From: Takakia lepidozioides
Taxonomy: Eukaryota > Plantae > Bryophyta
Reading direction: 5' to 3'
Length of the DNA stretch: 64,000 bases
Assembly (NCBI GenBank): GCA_030704615.1
Contig: CM060733.1
Location: 9,920,001 to 9,984,000 of the forward strand
Below are positions 38,830 through 50,507 of this stretch, one piece after another (within the stretch, counting starts at the first letter, position 1; every line of letters begins with the position of its first letter). Both the position numbers and the translations under genes were made by a program. The notes under the pieces were generated by a model, which searched no databases, was not told the DNA's origin, and saw nothing but the letters and a program-made list of their open reading frames with translations.

Positions 38830-40208
38830 GGTCGCCCATTAGGGTAGCCGTGAACAGAGGGCTGGGACTTGGCCTCCTTTTGGGCTTTTTTGTTTTTGTC
38901 TCCCGCCACACCCTCTCCCCGACTTCCACCCCCCCCCCCCCCCCCCCCCGCTTCTCCCCCCCCCATCCCCGTTAATTGCCATGAGCAACTTCCCCCTACC
39001 CTAAAAACCCCCCTACCCCCCCTCTTTCTCCCTTCCTAGCCAACTCCAACCACCCCGAGGCCTTCGTCATTGAAGCTATTCTCGGCATCAAGACTCAAAC
39101 CTCCCTCGACGTATACGGTGCCACTTGTGTTGACACATATTACCTATGTAAATGGGTGGGTTTCCCTGCTACTGATAACACCTGGCAGATCGAAGACGAC
39201 CTCTTTGGAACCCATGATGATTGCGACCCTACTCACAACCGTAGCCTCCTTATCACCTTCTACAAAACAACTAACACCAATTACTTAGCGCACACCCACC
39301 AACATCATGTTTCTCAAACCCAACCAATCGACGCCCGATACATCCATACCCCTTGAACGCTCCACATATTCATATACACATCTCTGAATGCAACCCGACA
39401 AAGATATTACCCAAATCTCCCCCATTATATGCCCTAGGCGCCTGACATCCCATATCTACACACTTAACGGTCACTTCACCGGCTCTATCTCTAATGTCAG
39501 ACTTCGCCACTGAGGTCTGCTGATTTGTTGACCGATAATTACGCGATACCCCCAAGAAAAAACCCCACACCCCCGATAAACTAGCTCAAGCATATACCCA
39601 TAGCACTATACCCTCCGACATCCTCAAATTCCTCATCTCTACATTCCAGCTTATCCACTCATACTACTCCAGCCCACTTACATGCCCCCTGGAGCTGTCT
39701 TCTTACACCAGCCCGCACCCCCGAGACTGTGTATTCGGAGCCTTGGGCCCCGCTATCCAGCACTCTTGGTCTGGCGGTGGCCTTGCGCATCCACCTCCTG
39801 GGCCCCTCACACATGAGGCTCTCCTATGGGCGCGCCTCGCTGCCCACTCCTCCCCCTCCGCCTACACTATTCTCATTCTTACACATCAAAGCTCACCTGA
39901 CCACCAACATCCCCTTCTACAATTTCCTCCAGAAGTAATACTATTAGCCGCTATTGAACCCAACCATCTTTGCTACACACACAACCTACATTCCCAAAAT
40001 ACCTCCGCCACAAAAAAACTACTCTGACCCTAATTCTGCTTGTTCAGGCTACCTCATGCCCCCCCCATACCCTCCGACTTCCCCGCTCATCTCAATCGTC
40101 TACTTTCCGATACCCATAACATGTTACTCACGCCATACTCACCTCCACCCACATGCAATCCCGCCGCTAGGCTACCCACTAAGCTAAAAGCATGGACCTT
40201 AGCACCCC

Positions 40209-40244
<36 letters not shown>

Positions 40245-41936
40245 CCCAAGCCCCACTCATACTATCTCCCACAACGCCCCCCCGGTTCACCTTGGGCCCA
40301 CTTCCCCAAAATACCCCCCCCTCCACTCACACTACACAGACGGCTCCCAATCTGGCTCATGCGCCGAATACGGTGTCTACCATGCCGCTACTAACAAAGG
40401 TACCGCACATCGTCTCCCAGGGCCCGCGACCATACTCCGCGCCGAACTTATGGCCATTTTTGAAGCTCTGTCACAACTGGCCTCGTTCCCACCCCCATAC
40501 TACATCTTCACGGATAGCCTCAATTCTCTCTTTATACTTCGCAACCACTTGGCTTGTTCCTCCTCCCACCTCCACCACCCTGACCGAAACCTTGTCACCG
40601 CCATTATCAACCTAGTCATTTCCATCAATAAACCCTTTATTTTCTCAAAGTTCGTTCACATATAGGTATCCACGGCAATGAGGAGGCTGACCTCCTCGCC
40701 CAACTGGGTGCCTCCTAACATACAGTTGAACCCTCGGATGACCCAATACACATCGCTCATACTCACCCCTTTTGGCTTATATACCCAGTCCCTGACCCCC
40801 CAACGCCCAGGCCAATCCAAAATCTTCTTACTACCCTGACCAAAGAAGCCAATAAATAGGCCTCTACCTCCCTTAGCCACACCAAAGTGCATATCCAAAA
40901 GTGGACCCTCTTCGATGTACTCCACCACAAACTCTTCAACCACTTCTGGAACACCAAAGCTGCATCAGACGCTCAAATACGACAGACCCTTAAATTCCGT
41001 TACGCCCAGTACATGGGCCACCAACGCAAACACACCTTCTGGCCAGCCATATACCCCTCACCAAACTGCCCTCTATGCTCCCACATCCACGCCACACGTG
41101 ATACCTGGCTCCACCTTCTTAACTAATGTCCCCACCCAGTCATTCATGGACTTTGTATTGCACGACACAACCACGCTGTATGGCACATCCACAAACTCCT
41201 ACAACGACATAATGAAACCAGATGGTTCTCACTCATCAATGCGGGCACCTACCAAGGTTAGCCCCCAGACCACACGGTACCTACGTGGCTACTCCCCTGT
41301 ATATGCCACCTCCACACATCATGTACATGCCCTTCCCGCCTCTGTCCGGATATCCTCATAGTCCAGGGGCTCCCCATCAACGCCCCACTGCCCTCTGCCC
41401 CGTCCCCCGCCATTACCATACACTTCTTAGAATTCCCAGCTCCTAGCCTCCATCCTAACGCCAAAAATATGCACCACTCATTCTTGCTATCTGCCGGAGG
41501 GGATGGGCCACAAGCCCCCTCACTGTCATCACTGCCGGCACCAGAGGGGGCATCCACAAGGCCAGCAACTCGGAACTTAAAAATAACTTTAATCTGCTTA
41601 TCATCTCCATCCATAAATGCTTCAAAGCCATATACCTCACGGCCCTCCGTTCTCTCACTGCTATCATCATCAACAAACGACAGCTTGAATCAAACCCTGC
41701 TTTTGCTTCTTAGATACATATATTTGGATACCCGGCAGGCACCCATGGGGTGCCCTCCTGGGCCCCCCCCTTGGGGTACCACACGATACTGTCTCTACTA
41801 CCACCCCCCCAGACTGGCTACTTGGTGTCCCTTGGACACCGGTTATTTTTACATAGGACCCACCCCTGAAAAGAAGCAATAGCCGCAAGGCGAAGTGGCT
41901 CTTAGTTACGCCGGCCTCGGTCGGAGTCTTCTCTCT
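38830..41936 (+). mobile_element. Dualen/RandI-like non-LTR retrotransposon fragment: chromodomain, PCIF1-like MTase, RNase H, CCHC, RLE; no RT visible
   Basis: FVIEAILG...YLCKWVGFPATDNTWQIEDDL; YYSSPLTC...RDCVFGALGP...WSGGGLAHPP; YTDGS/RAELMAI/IFTDSLNSL/HIGIHGNEEAD; CPLC..H..C, ARHN, PDIL, LEF. Frameshifted, poly-C runs. Confidence 0.7.
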
Positions 41937-41944
41937 CTGGTTAT

Positions 41945-43331
41945 TGAGAAGAAACCAAAGGGTATAAGTTGTATAACCCTGAGAGCAAGTATGTGATCAT
42001 CAGTTGTGATGTGATATTCAATGAGTCTAAGAACTTTCATCAGGAAACAGTAGTTCCCAAGTTTGGACCATGAAAAAGAGAACTTGGCTTTGATTCTACT
42101 CTGATAAATGGAAGAGAAGATTGTTGAAGAGATAGTTGAGGTTCAAATGGAGGAGGTACAATCTACTATGATTGAAAAACCCTCAAAGGTATCTTCTGCC
42201 TATTTCATTGACAGTGATGAACCTCAAAGTGTGTCAGATGCGATGAGGAGTGGGAACTCTTCACACTGGAAGGAAGCTTTGGCATTTGAGTTTAAGTTTC
42301 TTCAGGATAATAAAACTTGGAGTCTTCTGCAACTTTCATCTGGACGACAGTCTGTTGGGCTGCAGATGGATTTTCAAAGTTAAGTACAATGCAGATGGTT
42401 CTGTAGCAAGGTACAAAGCGCGCTTGGTTGCAAAGGGGTTTTCGCAAATTGAAGGTATTGATTACAATGAAACATTTTCCCCTGTTGCACGGATGGAGTC
42501 AATTCGAGTGATTCTAGCGTTTGCAGCTGTTGAAAATCCTTTCTCAATATAGATCTTATGGAAGAAATATACATGGACCAGCTGGAGGGATTTGCTGTAA
42601 AAGAGAAGGAGATGATGGTGTGTAAGCTAGCTCCTCAAGTCCTTGTATGGTTTGAAACAATCCCCTAGGGCATGGAATGCTAAGATTGATGCATATTTCA
42701 TGGCTGAAGAGTTTGAGAGGAGCTCTGCTGATTATAGTGTTTACTATAAGAGGGCTCATGGAAACTCTTTTGTGATTATAACACTGTACATTGATGATCT
42801 GATTTTGGTCTCTAATGACTTGGCTCTGTTGAAACACATACAGAGTAATATCTCAAAGGAGTTTGAGATAGTGGATCTGAAAAAGATCATGTGATCATGT
42901 GTTGATCAGACTTTGTTGAAAAAGACAAAATGATATCTCAAAGAGGTTTGAGATGGTGGATCAGAAAGAGATCCTGTGATCATGTGTTGATCAGGCTCTG
43001 TTGAAAAAGACAAAAAACGATATCTCAATGAAGTTTGAGATGGTGGATCTGAAAGAGATCTAGTACTGCTTGGGGGTATCGGTAACTCGTGTTTGACAAG
43101 ACCGAGCGATTTATCCGAACCAGCGTAAGAATCTTGAAGATATCTTAAGGTTGGTATGGCTGAAAGTATGCCGGTAAATACCCCGTTTGTCCCAAATTGC
43201 AAACTCTCAAAGGAGATGAGTCCTAAGAGTGCTGCAGACTTGGAGACAATGAGAGATGTTCCCTATCTGTGGGAAGTCTCATGTATTCAATGGTCTGTAC
43301 TAGGCCAGATATTGCACAAGTAGTGGGGGTT
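41945..43331 (+). mobile_element. pol: Copia pol: integrase tail and reverse transcriptase, degenerate
   Basis: [57 protein letters not shown]; triplicated segment about 42848-43060. Confidence 0.95.
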
Positions 43332-44349
43332 CAGGGATGCCTCGGCGTGAGCCTGGTCACGTGAGCGCGACTGCGCTCACGCCACGTCACCTTGCGCAAA
43401 TGCCACGTCACGGGTCTCAGTCCACGTCATCACACGTGGAGGCCGAGTCACCACGCACCTAGAAAGAAGTGGAGTGTATTCCCGCGGATTGGCACCCTTT
43501 ACCGCGGAAACAAGCTGGACGACATAATAAAAGGCATTGAATAAATGATGGATGAATGTACAGTTGGATGATAAACAGATGGATGAGTTTGAAAAATCTA
43601 TGTAGATGGATGAATGACGGATGGATAAGAGTAAAATGGATGAATGTATAATGGATGTTGAGCAATGACAAAAATTCATGACAGGAAGATGCATGACCAA
43701 ATCTTTTGACGAATGCACAAAGTATATGAAATGAGTGTGGAAGGTTTGTGGGGTGGATTAAAGAGTACAGAGGATGAATGTACAATGGATGTTGTACAAA
43801 GGAAGCTTTCATGAATGGAGCACGCATGAATACAGTGTAGATGAATGCACAATGGATATGAGAAGAGTCAGGAAGGTTTGTGAGATGGATTCATACATAT
43901 AGCAATTTAAACGAAAGTTGATTCTGTGATTATTATTTGTTCTAAAGGAACAACTACGGTAGAGTAAGGGGATTCAACGTTTCCAGATAATATGAAAATG
44001 AATATTAAAAGAATACAGTTCAGTCTGACTCAGAGTCAGTACAATGTATCCCCTCTTCCTCTGCATCTAAGTCTAAGTATTTTAGAACACCGGATCCACG
44101 CTGGATACACCTACGGCTGGCCACTAAAAAGTCAGGGGATAGGGACTCGGCCGCGTGAAGTGCCATTGCTTCGGCATAAACAGGGAGCAGAAAATTGGAA
44201 AGGGGGCTGTCGAAAACAGACTCGCCAGAAATGACTGTATCTCCTGAAGATCCACCGCTGGCTTTCCTGAAAGACAGCCTGAAAAAGTTATTACTGTAAC
44301 TTTGATGTTATCGAGAAATTGAGTATGACTCCCAAAGAGGGTTTAGCAC

Positions 44350-47300
44350 TTACTCACATGAAAAGTCGTTGTCGACCTGCTTATCTTCGGGATCGTCATC
44401 ATTTCGAATATGAATCCGATCAGTCTGTGTGCCTGAAGTGGAGCCAGACAAAAGGGGGAGGAGCACTGTGTTGTAGAGGTCAGAATCACCCTCCATACCA
44501 AAAAGGCTTCTTCCGCCTGCCTTGCATGCGTGGTAAGTTGCTCCTGCACCAGACAGGAGAACATAAACAGTTTGGAGGAGGGGATTTAAGCAGATGAAAC
44601 TGTTGAAAGGAAACCAATTCGGAAGGGAGAAAACGAACCTGTGGACACAGAAAGATCGACCACCCGTGCAGAGCGGTGGCTGCATGACTCCAGCAGTATT
44701 TGCATGAATGCTGGTGACTTTTCCTTTGCACCTCTCCAGGGAGTGCCATCTGGTCTCTTCAGAGTCTGACTGGACTGCATGAAGTTGTACAAAATGTCAT
44801 CGACATGGGGCTCATAGGGGGGGTTGACGAAACAACCCTGGTCAGAAATCTCAAAGCTGCGGATGGAGGATGGTGTCTTTGATGTGCGAATCCTCCGCAG
44901 GCAGATCGCCTCGAACATCCTCGTCTGCCAAAGATAGCAGGTTAGTGTGGTAAACACAATCTAAAGTGGAAGTGTGTACATCGGCTATTCAGAACTCTGA
45001 CACAAAAAAACCATGAATCGTTGATGATCGGTGTCGATCATAAAACATTCTACTAGAGTGGAGCTGCAGAGAAAATTGAAACTCATGATCAAAGCACAAG
45101 CAGAAGGCAGACGGCATACCAGCTGACCAGGGAAACCCCCTTTCACAAGGTAGAGGCTGTTCACACAATTCCATGTGCGCAAAACTTCAAACCCTGAAGA
45201 CTTGAGGTATGATGCCAATGCCCGACGACTATCATTGTCACATGACTGAAAAAGCAGAAGTGTCCCTGCATCAGAGAGGAAATTGTTACAGAACCCGAAT
45301 ACCCAACTCCAGTAGTTGTCCTCGAATTTGTTCCAGCCTGGCGTCTTGCCCTTTGGAAGAACTTCTGGCACAGCCTGGCCATCCGGGATGTCGAGAATGA
45401 CAATGTCGGCCGCATAAGTTTTCTGCACACCGCACACGAAGGTGGGACCTGTGCTCACCTGCAACAGACATGTTTTTTATAAGAACGATGGCAAGAATGT
45501 TTTCAAAGAACGAGACTGAAATACTGCCAACGAAACATTCAGAGAAAAAGGAAAGAAACTGGAATTCTCACCAGATTGAGGAATGAGATTATATTGTCCC
45601 AGGTAGGGGATGGCACCCCAGTGTATCCTCTCTTTCGACTCTGCATCATCGAAAGCCAACCCTCATTAACAATTTTCATCTCTCCTGCTGAATCAGAACG
45701 GGAAGGGTGTGGCTTGGCATCGAACACGCACTGAAGAGTGCGGGTATATCTTCCAGCACTAAAGTCCTGCCCACTCTCCATCTCCTTTTCATTCTCCTTC
45801 CCCTTGTCCTTTTCCTTCTCTTTGGACTTGTCTTTGTCCTTTGGCTTTGCTGGTGAGATGGCTATGACATCAACAGCCTTGTCTTTTGGTTTGCGGCCCG
45901 CCTTCTTTCCCTTCTGCGGCGTTCCCTGAGCATCAGGCTCCTTGGCAGCCAAGGTTGCTATGTTTCGTTGATACTCTTCGTCAGTCAAAGGCGCCAGCAT
46001 CTCAGCGTTATTGTTCAAGTATTTCATATGCTGTTCTTGAAAGGTCGTGTGCTCAGGTGGGCAGTCAAGGTACCACCCACAGTCTCTGAAGTGAGAAGGA
46101 CTCCAGTCCTTCAATATCCCTGCAGTATACATGGTTGGATCGTTTGCAGGGTCCGACCACATGTCAAGATAGTCGGGAATTCCGCTCAGGTGATTTCCTT
46201 CCATAAGCACATATTTCGTGTACCTGAAAAAAGGAGATGAATCCCAACCCACAAAAGCGCTCAGTGAGTAAGATGCAAGTAGAACAGAAAGAATAAAACA
46301 TGGATTGAAATGGCTCTGACAACTGCTCCAAGGACCTTTCAGGACCACACTACTGCTCCAGATATGAATGTCGTCAACGCCATTCAGAACATTCCATTCC
46401 ATGACACTGTAAATACATCCTAATCCAGGTGAATGCAAATAAGCGATTAGAAATGACACAGACATAGAAGTGAATGTCGTCAACGACATTCAAGAATGAA
46501 GCCAAATTCTTACTGAAATGAAGCAAAATCACAGGATGGAAATAAAAAAATTGAGTAAGGAACCATCCAGGAAAACTCAATGCACATTCATAACGAACCT
46601 ATCACTGAGGACCTCACAACATCACTGTATGTGAATGGCGTCAACGCCATTCACAAAAATACAAAATAAACCAATTACTTAGCTCCCCAATCCATGAAAA
46701 TTGAATTTGTCGTTTTTTAATAATACAGACACAGCTGTGAATGTCGTCAACGACATTCACTTTGGATTTCTTAAAACAGAGCTTATGAAGCCTCCATATT
46801 CATCGCAAGAGGAAAAAACAATGCAGAACAACTGAATGTCTGCATTGACATTCAGCAAAATGAAGTGATCAACCCTCATTGTATCCTCTATGGACATTAC
46901 AAAAATTTAAATAACCTTGAGGACCACACAACAACTCCGTATGTGAATGTCGTCAACGCCATTCAAGGACATTATCAATTCTAATCAGGGACAATATAAT
47001 TGCACCCTTAGATCCTAACCAGGTGAATTCATATACTCGCTTAAGAATGACTCAGACAAAGAAGTGAATGTCGTCAACGACATTCAATCTGGATCTAAGA
47101 TTGCAATCCATATGAAGCCACAATTTTTCCCAAAAAAACATAGAGTTTCAAGTATGACATTTCACCTGTACACAACTCGCATCATGGCCCACTCTCCTCC
47201 AACCTGACTGTCAAAGTCGTTGGACCGTAAAATGTTACCATCTTTGGAGAACTCCCGGAAAAAACAGTATCTCCAGGTGAGACCTCTCCACTTCCTTATG

Positions 47301-49652
47301 TATGCCTCCAATGACATTTGGGGAGGGGAAACAATCGCAATGTTCAGGTCCTTCAAAGTCTGATCCAGCACAATGACGGCGCGCTTTTCGAGCTGCAAAT
47401 AGAATATTTGTCAGAATTGCAAAAAGAAACACATCACATACTTGAAGATAAGAAACAGCATGTTCGAATACACACCTGACTCCAAAATGTAGCCTTGTGG
47501 AGCCAGTTATCAAACACCAAATCACTGATTCCTTCCACCTTTGTGCCAGGCTGTATGGTGCTCTTTGGGAACTGATTCAAGTCCTTTACTGTTTGATCTG
47601 AGTTCCATATCTCCAGCCACCTTATTTTTGTTTGTGGGTCGACCATCGATATGGCCAGCCGGTGCAATTTCTCCTGCTGCATCTCCGGATGCACATGCTT
47701 GTCATAGTGTGTTTTGATCTGCTGAAGGAACTCAGGACCAAGTCCAGGATCTACTATTCTAAGCTGCTTTCCGAAGGCTGACATCAATTTGGTTCTTCGC
47801 ATCTCAAACTCCTTCTTTATTGCAGCTTCCACACCCTTTGATGTCCTTAGTTCCTCTGGTGTAGTGCGGTAATATTCGGATTTTCCCTTCTCAGCTGCCT
47901 CTGCCAGTTCTTGCTGCATTCATTCAAGTAGTGATTAGCTCCGAAGGGACTCTAAACATGTATTCGAAAAGTAAACAGATTACAGACTCGGGCTTACCGC
48001 ATACATGTACTCCAGAAACGCCTCTCGTGTCAAAGAATACCAAGTGCCTGCAGCTCTTCCTGTTTCGCACTTCTTGATGATATTGGGTGGTAGTACTGTC
48101 CGAAAATCATCCAGCTTCATCAGACCAATCCTCTGAATTCGGAATAGTGTGTGAACCAAGCTTGTTGTCACATGCGATTTCTCTGTCGATCTGCAAAAAC
48201 ATTGAAAACATTGCATTCCTTAACACTGTTTTTTGAGGATCAACAAGACACTACAGAGGGAATCAAATCTCCTGGATGACTTACTTGTTCACGTCGTGCA
48301 TAGCTGTAAGAAGCCTAGCGATGTCGTTTCCTGGATCCAAAACCATTGCCTCCACAGCAACATGCTTGTCTTTGTCTTTCGAATGGTGTTTCTGAATGTA
48401 TCCCATCCATGCCAGCAATCGGTGGTTGCCGTCCCAGACGTAGAACATGTGGTTGCAAAATTGCTGGGTGTTCTTTCCCATCATGAGGCCCAGCTCGAAC
48501 TCCTCATTGGCATCTTTCCAGCACTCATCCCAGTTATCACTGATCTCTGGAGAAACTAATGTGCTTTTCCCATTTATATCCGTCAGTGACACATAAAAAA
48601 CTTGTGCACCAAGTCTATATCCATGCACAAAATCACTCTCCAATTTTGTTATGTCATGGGAAAGAGGTGGACGCACAACAGGCATTGATATCATCCGGCA
48701 CAGAGGTATGTCCAGACGCCCTCCAGATACGAGCATGTCCCTTATAACCTCCTGAGAGTTTACCTTCTGGAATGACATGAGTTCTTTCACCTTGTCAAGG
48801 TAGTGCACTTCGGATTCATCTGCTTCATCTGTATTCTCTGAGCTTTTTGCGGACTCGTCCCCATCTCCAGATCCTTTCCCCTCTGATCCTGTAGGCTTCG
48901 ACCTCACAGTTTTCTGCACGATGCCATTCAGTTCTGACTAAGTCATTTGCAAATAGTGAATGGCGGTAACGACAATCACTCTGTATCAAGGAAACTCACC
49001 ATGAATGGTGTGAAAGAATTCAGCACAATCTACAGATGCAAAGCCGAGACTGCCGTATTCAAAACAAAAGTGAGAGCGATAGCGAACGGCGTTAACGACA
49101 ATCACAAAAGATAACAACCTGCCGGATCGGTGTTGTGAATGACATATATGTGCAACTGATTGGCGGCAACGACATTCAGTGTAGTTTAGGGAGAATAGTA
49201 AGTGCAGACTCTCTCTTCAAACACATAGGTACATAAATCTCATGAGCAGAATCGAATGGCGTTAACGACGCTCGCGATTCAGTAGTTCCTGCTAAAGAAT
49301 GGAAGAGGAAGGACTCCTTGAAAGGCAATCACATAGACTATATGATAAAACTTACTGGCACCTTCTTAGGTTTTGAACTTTGATCCCCTTCTGCAGCTTT
49401 CCTCTTCCCTCTCACATCTGCTGGAGTTTCTGTCTGCGCAAGGGTTTCTTGACCTTCTTCAGGTTCGGCGTTCCGCGTGCTTCCACCTTCTTCAGTGTCC
49501 CTGCGATTCATCTCTGCCTCCACAGGCTGGCGCACTCTTATCGCCGGCTGTGTCGCAGCCGCTGCCTCAGTCTCCGTCTGCTCTTGTGAATCAGTCTCCG
49601 CGTTCACCTGCTGCCTTGGCCCTGTGTTCTCCAACAAACGACGCCTCGTCAT
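44350..49652 (-). CDS. Multi-exon ParB/Srx-like domain plus beta-class N4C/N6A DNA methyltransferase-like protein, about 1100 aa, one apparent frameshift
   Basis: Predicted exons: 49652-49356, ~48913-48285, 48190-47998, 47951-47476, 47392-47166, 46223-45572, 45458-45120, 44924-44639, 44543-44350. GT-AG borders; phases fit except a 1-nt slip near 47920. Motifs YVWDGNHRLLAW; ADIVILDIPDG; FLSDAGTLLLF; KEKSPAFMQILLESCSHRSARVVDLSVSTGATYHACKAGGRSLFGMEGD. Confidence 0.8.
46365..47086. repeat. Intronic array of TGAATGTCGT-CA-ACGACATTCA palindromes (7 copies)
   Basis: Copies at about 46365, 46470, 46631, 46737, 46833 (degenerate), 46943 and 47064, spaced about 95-160 bp. Confidence 0.9.
48956..49274. 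repeat. Four degenerate copies of the same palindrome in intron 1
   Basis: GAATGGCGGTAACGACAATC-like motifs at about 48956, 49082, 49157 and 49253. Confidence 0.75.
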
Positions 49653-50507
49653 TTTCTCTCTTGCTCTGCGTCTCTCTCTAAGGGAAGTAAAATAAAGAGA
49701 CTTTCTTCTCTTTCGTATTCTAGAAGGAACCCTCTCCAGCTTGACTACCACTCTCCCTCTAAGCGCGAAAAGTAGAAAAACGCAGTGACTCCCGATTTCT
49801 TGCGGGATTGCCTGTGTTCTTGCGTGTCTCTAGAAGCATCGGATTCCCTCCCGCGTGACCGTTACACATAGTCGTTTTGATATTAGTGCACATGCCAGCA
49901 ATTGGTGTACAGCTGTTCGTATTCAGTTATGGATGTCTGACGTGTGCCGCCCAAAACAAAACGGCGTGTTCTAAATTATAACTGGTTCAATATTTAAAAA
50001 GAACAGCGAATCCCAGAAATTGATGCGCAGTCTTAAACAAATAAATATAAATGAACGAGAGTTTGATGACAAATTTTGGAATATCATACACGGTCATCCT
50101 TGTTATCCAAACCCCACATTCGTTGCACATTTGGAACTTTCCAGGTGCGCATGATCATTGGTAGTAGTATATAGATACATTTACTTAATCTGCAATCCCA
50201 TTCTCGGATCCTGTGGCATGCTTCCAGGAAGTCGGCTTTGTTATTGGGTTTATTGATGAGGTTCTGATTAACGGTTTAACAGTTGCCGACACTGCCCCTA
50301 TGGATTCTCTGACCACTGGGCCCACAAGAAAAGTAATTAAAATGGACGGCTGCATATCTGGAATGAATAACAGAATATGCACAGTCGTTATCTGAGCTTC
50401 CTCCGCCATATGCTCTGCTCATTCTTCAACTGTGTTCTGGAGACAGCAGTAAACCGATTTACACTAGATCTGCGATAGCAAGGTACAAACATACTCGAGG
50501 AAGGAAG

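Noticed and set aside
40040-40615. Proline-rich extensin-like protein
   Set aside because: Off-frame reading of a C-rich retroelement with poly-C runs; the RNase H frame explains it.
44810-44830. NPPY as the catalytic motif IV of the MTase
   Set aside because: It lies in the variable region between DIPD and motif I and is replaced by DSSC in the copy near 19670; DIVILDIPD fits the motif IV position better.
44350-49652. Bacterial or phage contamination explaining the ParB-MTase
   Set aside because: The gene has GT-AG introns and sits inside a TSD-bounded element nested in a plant Copia.
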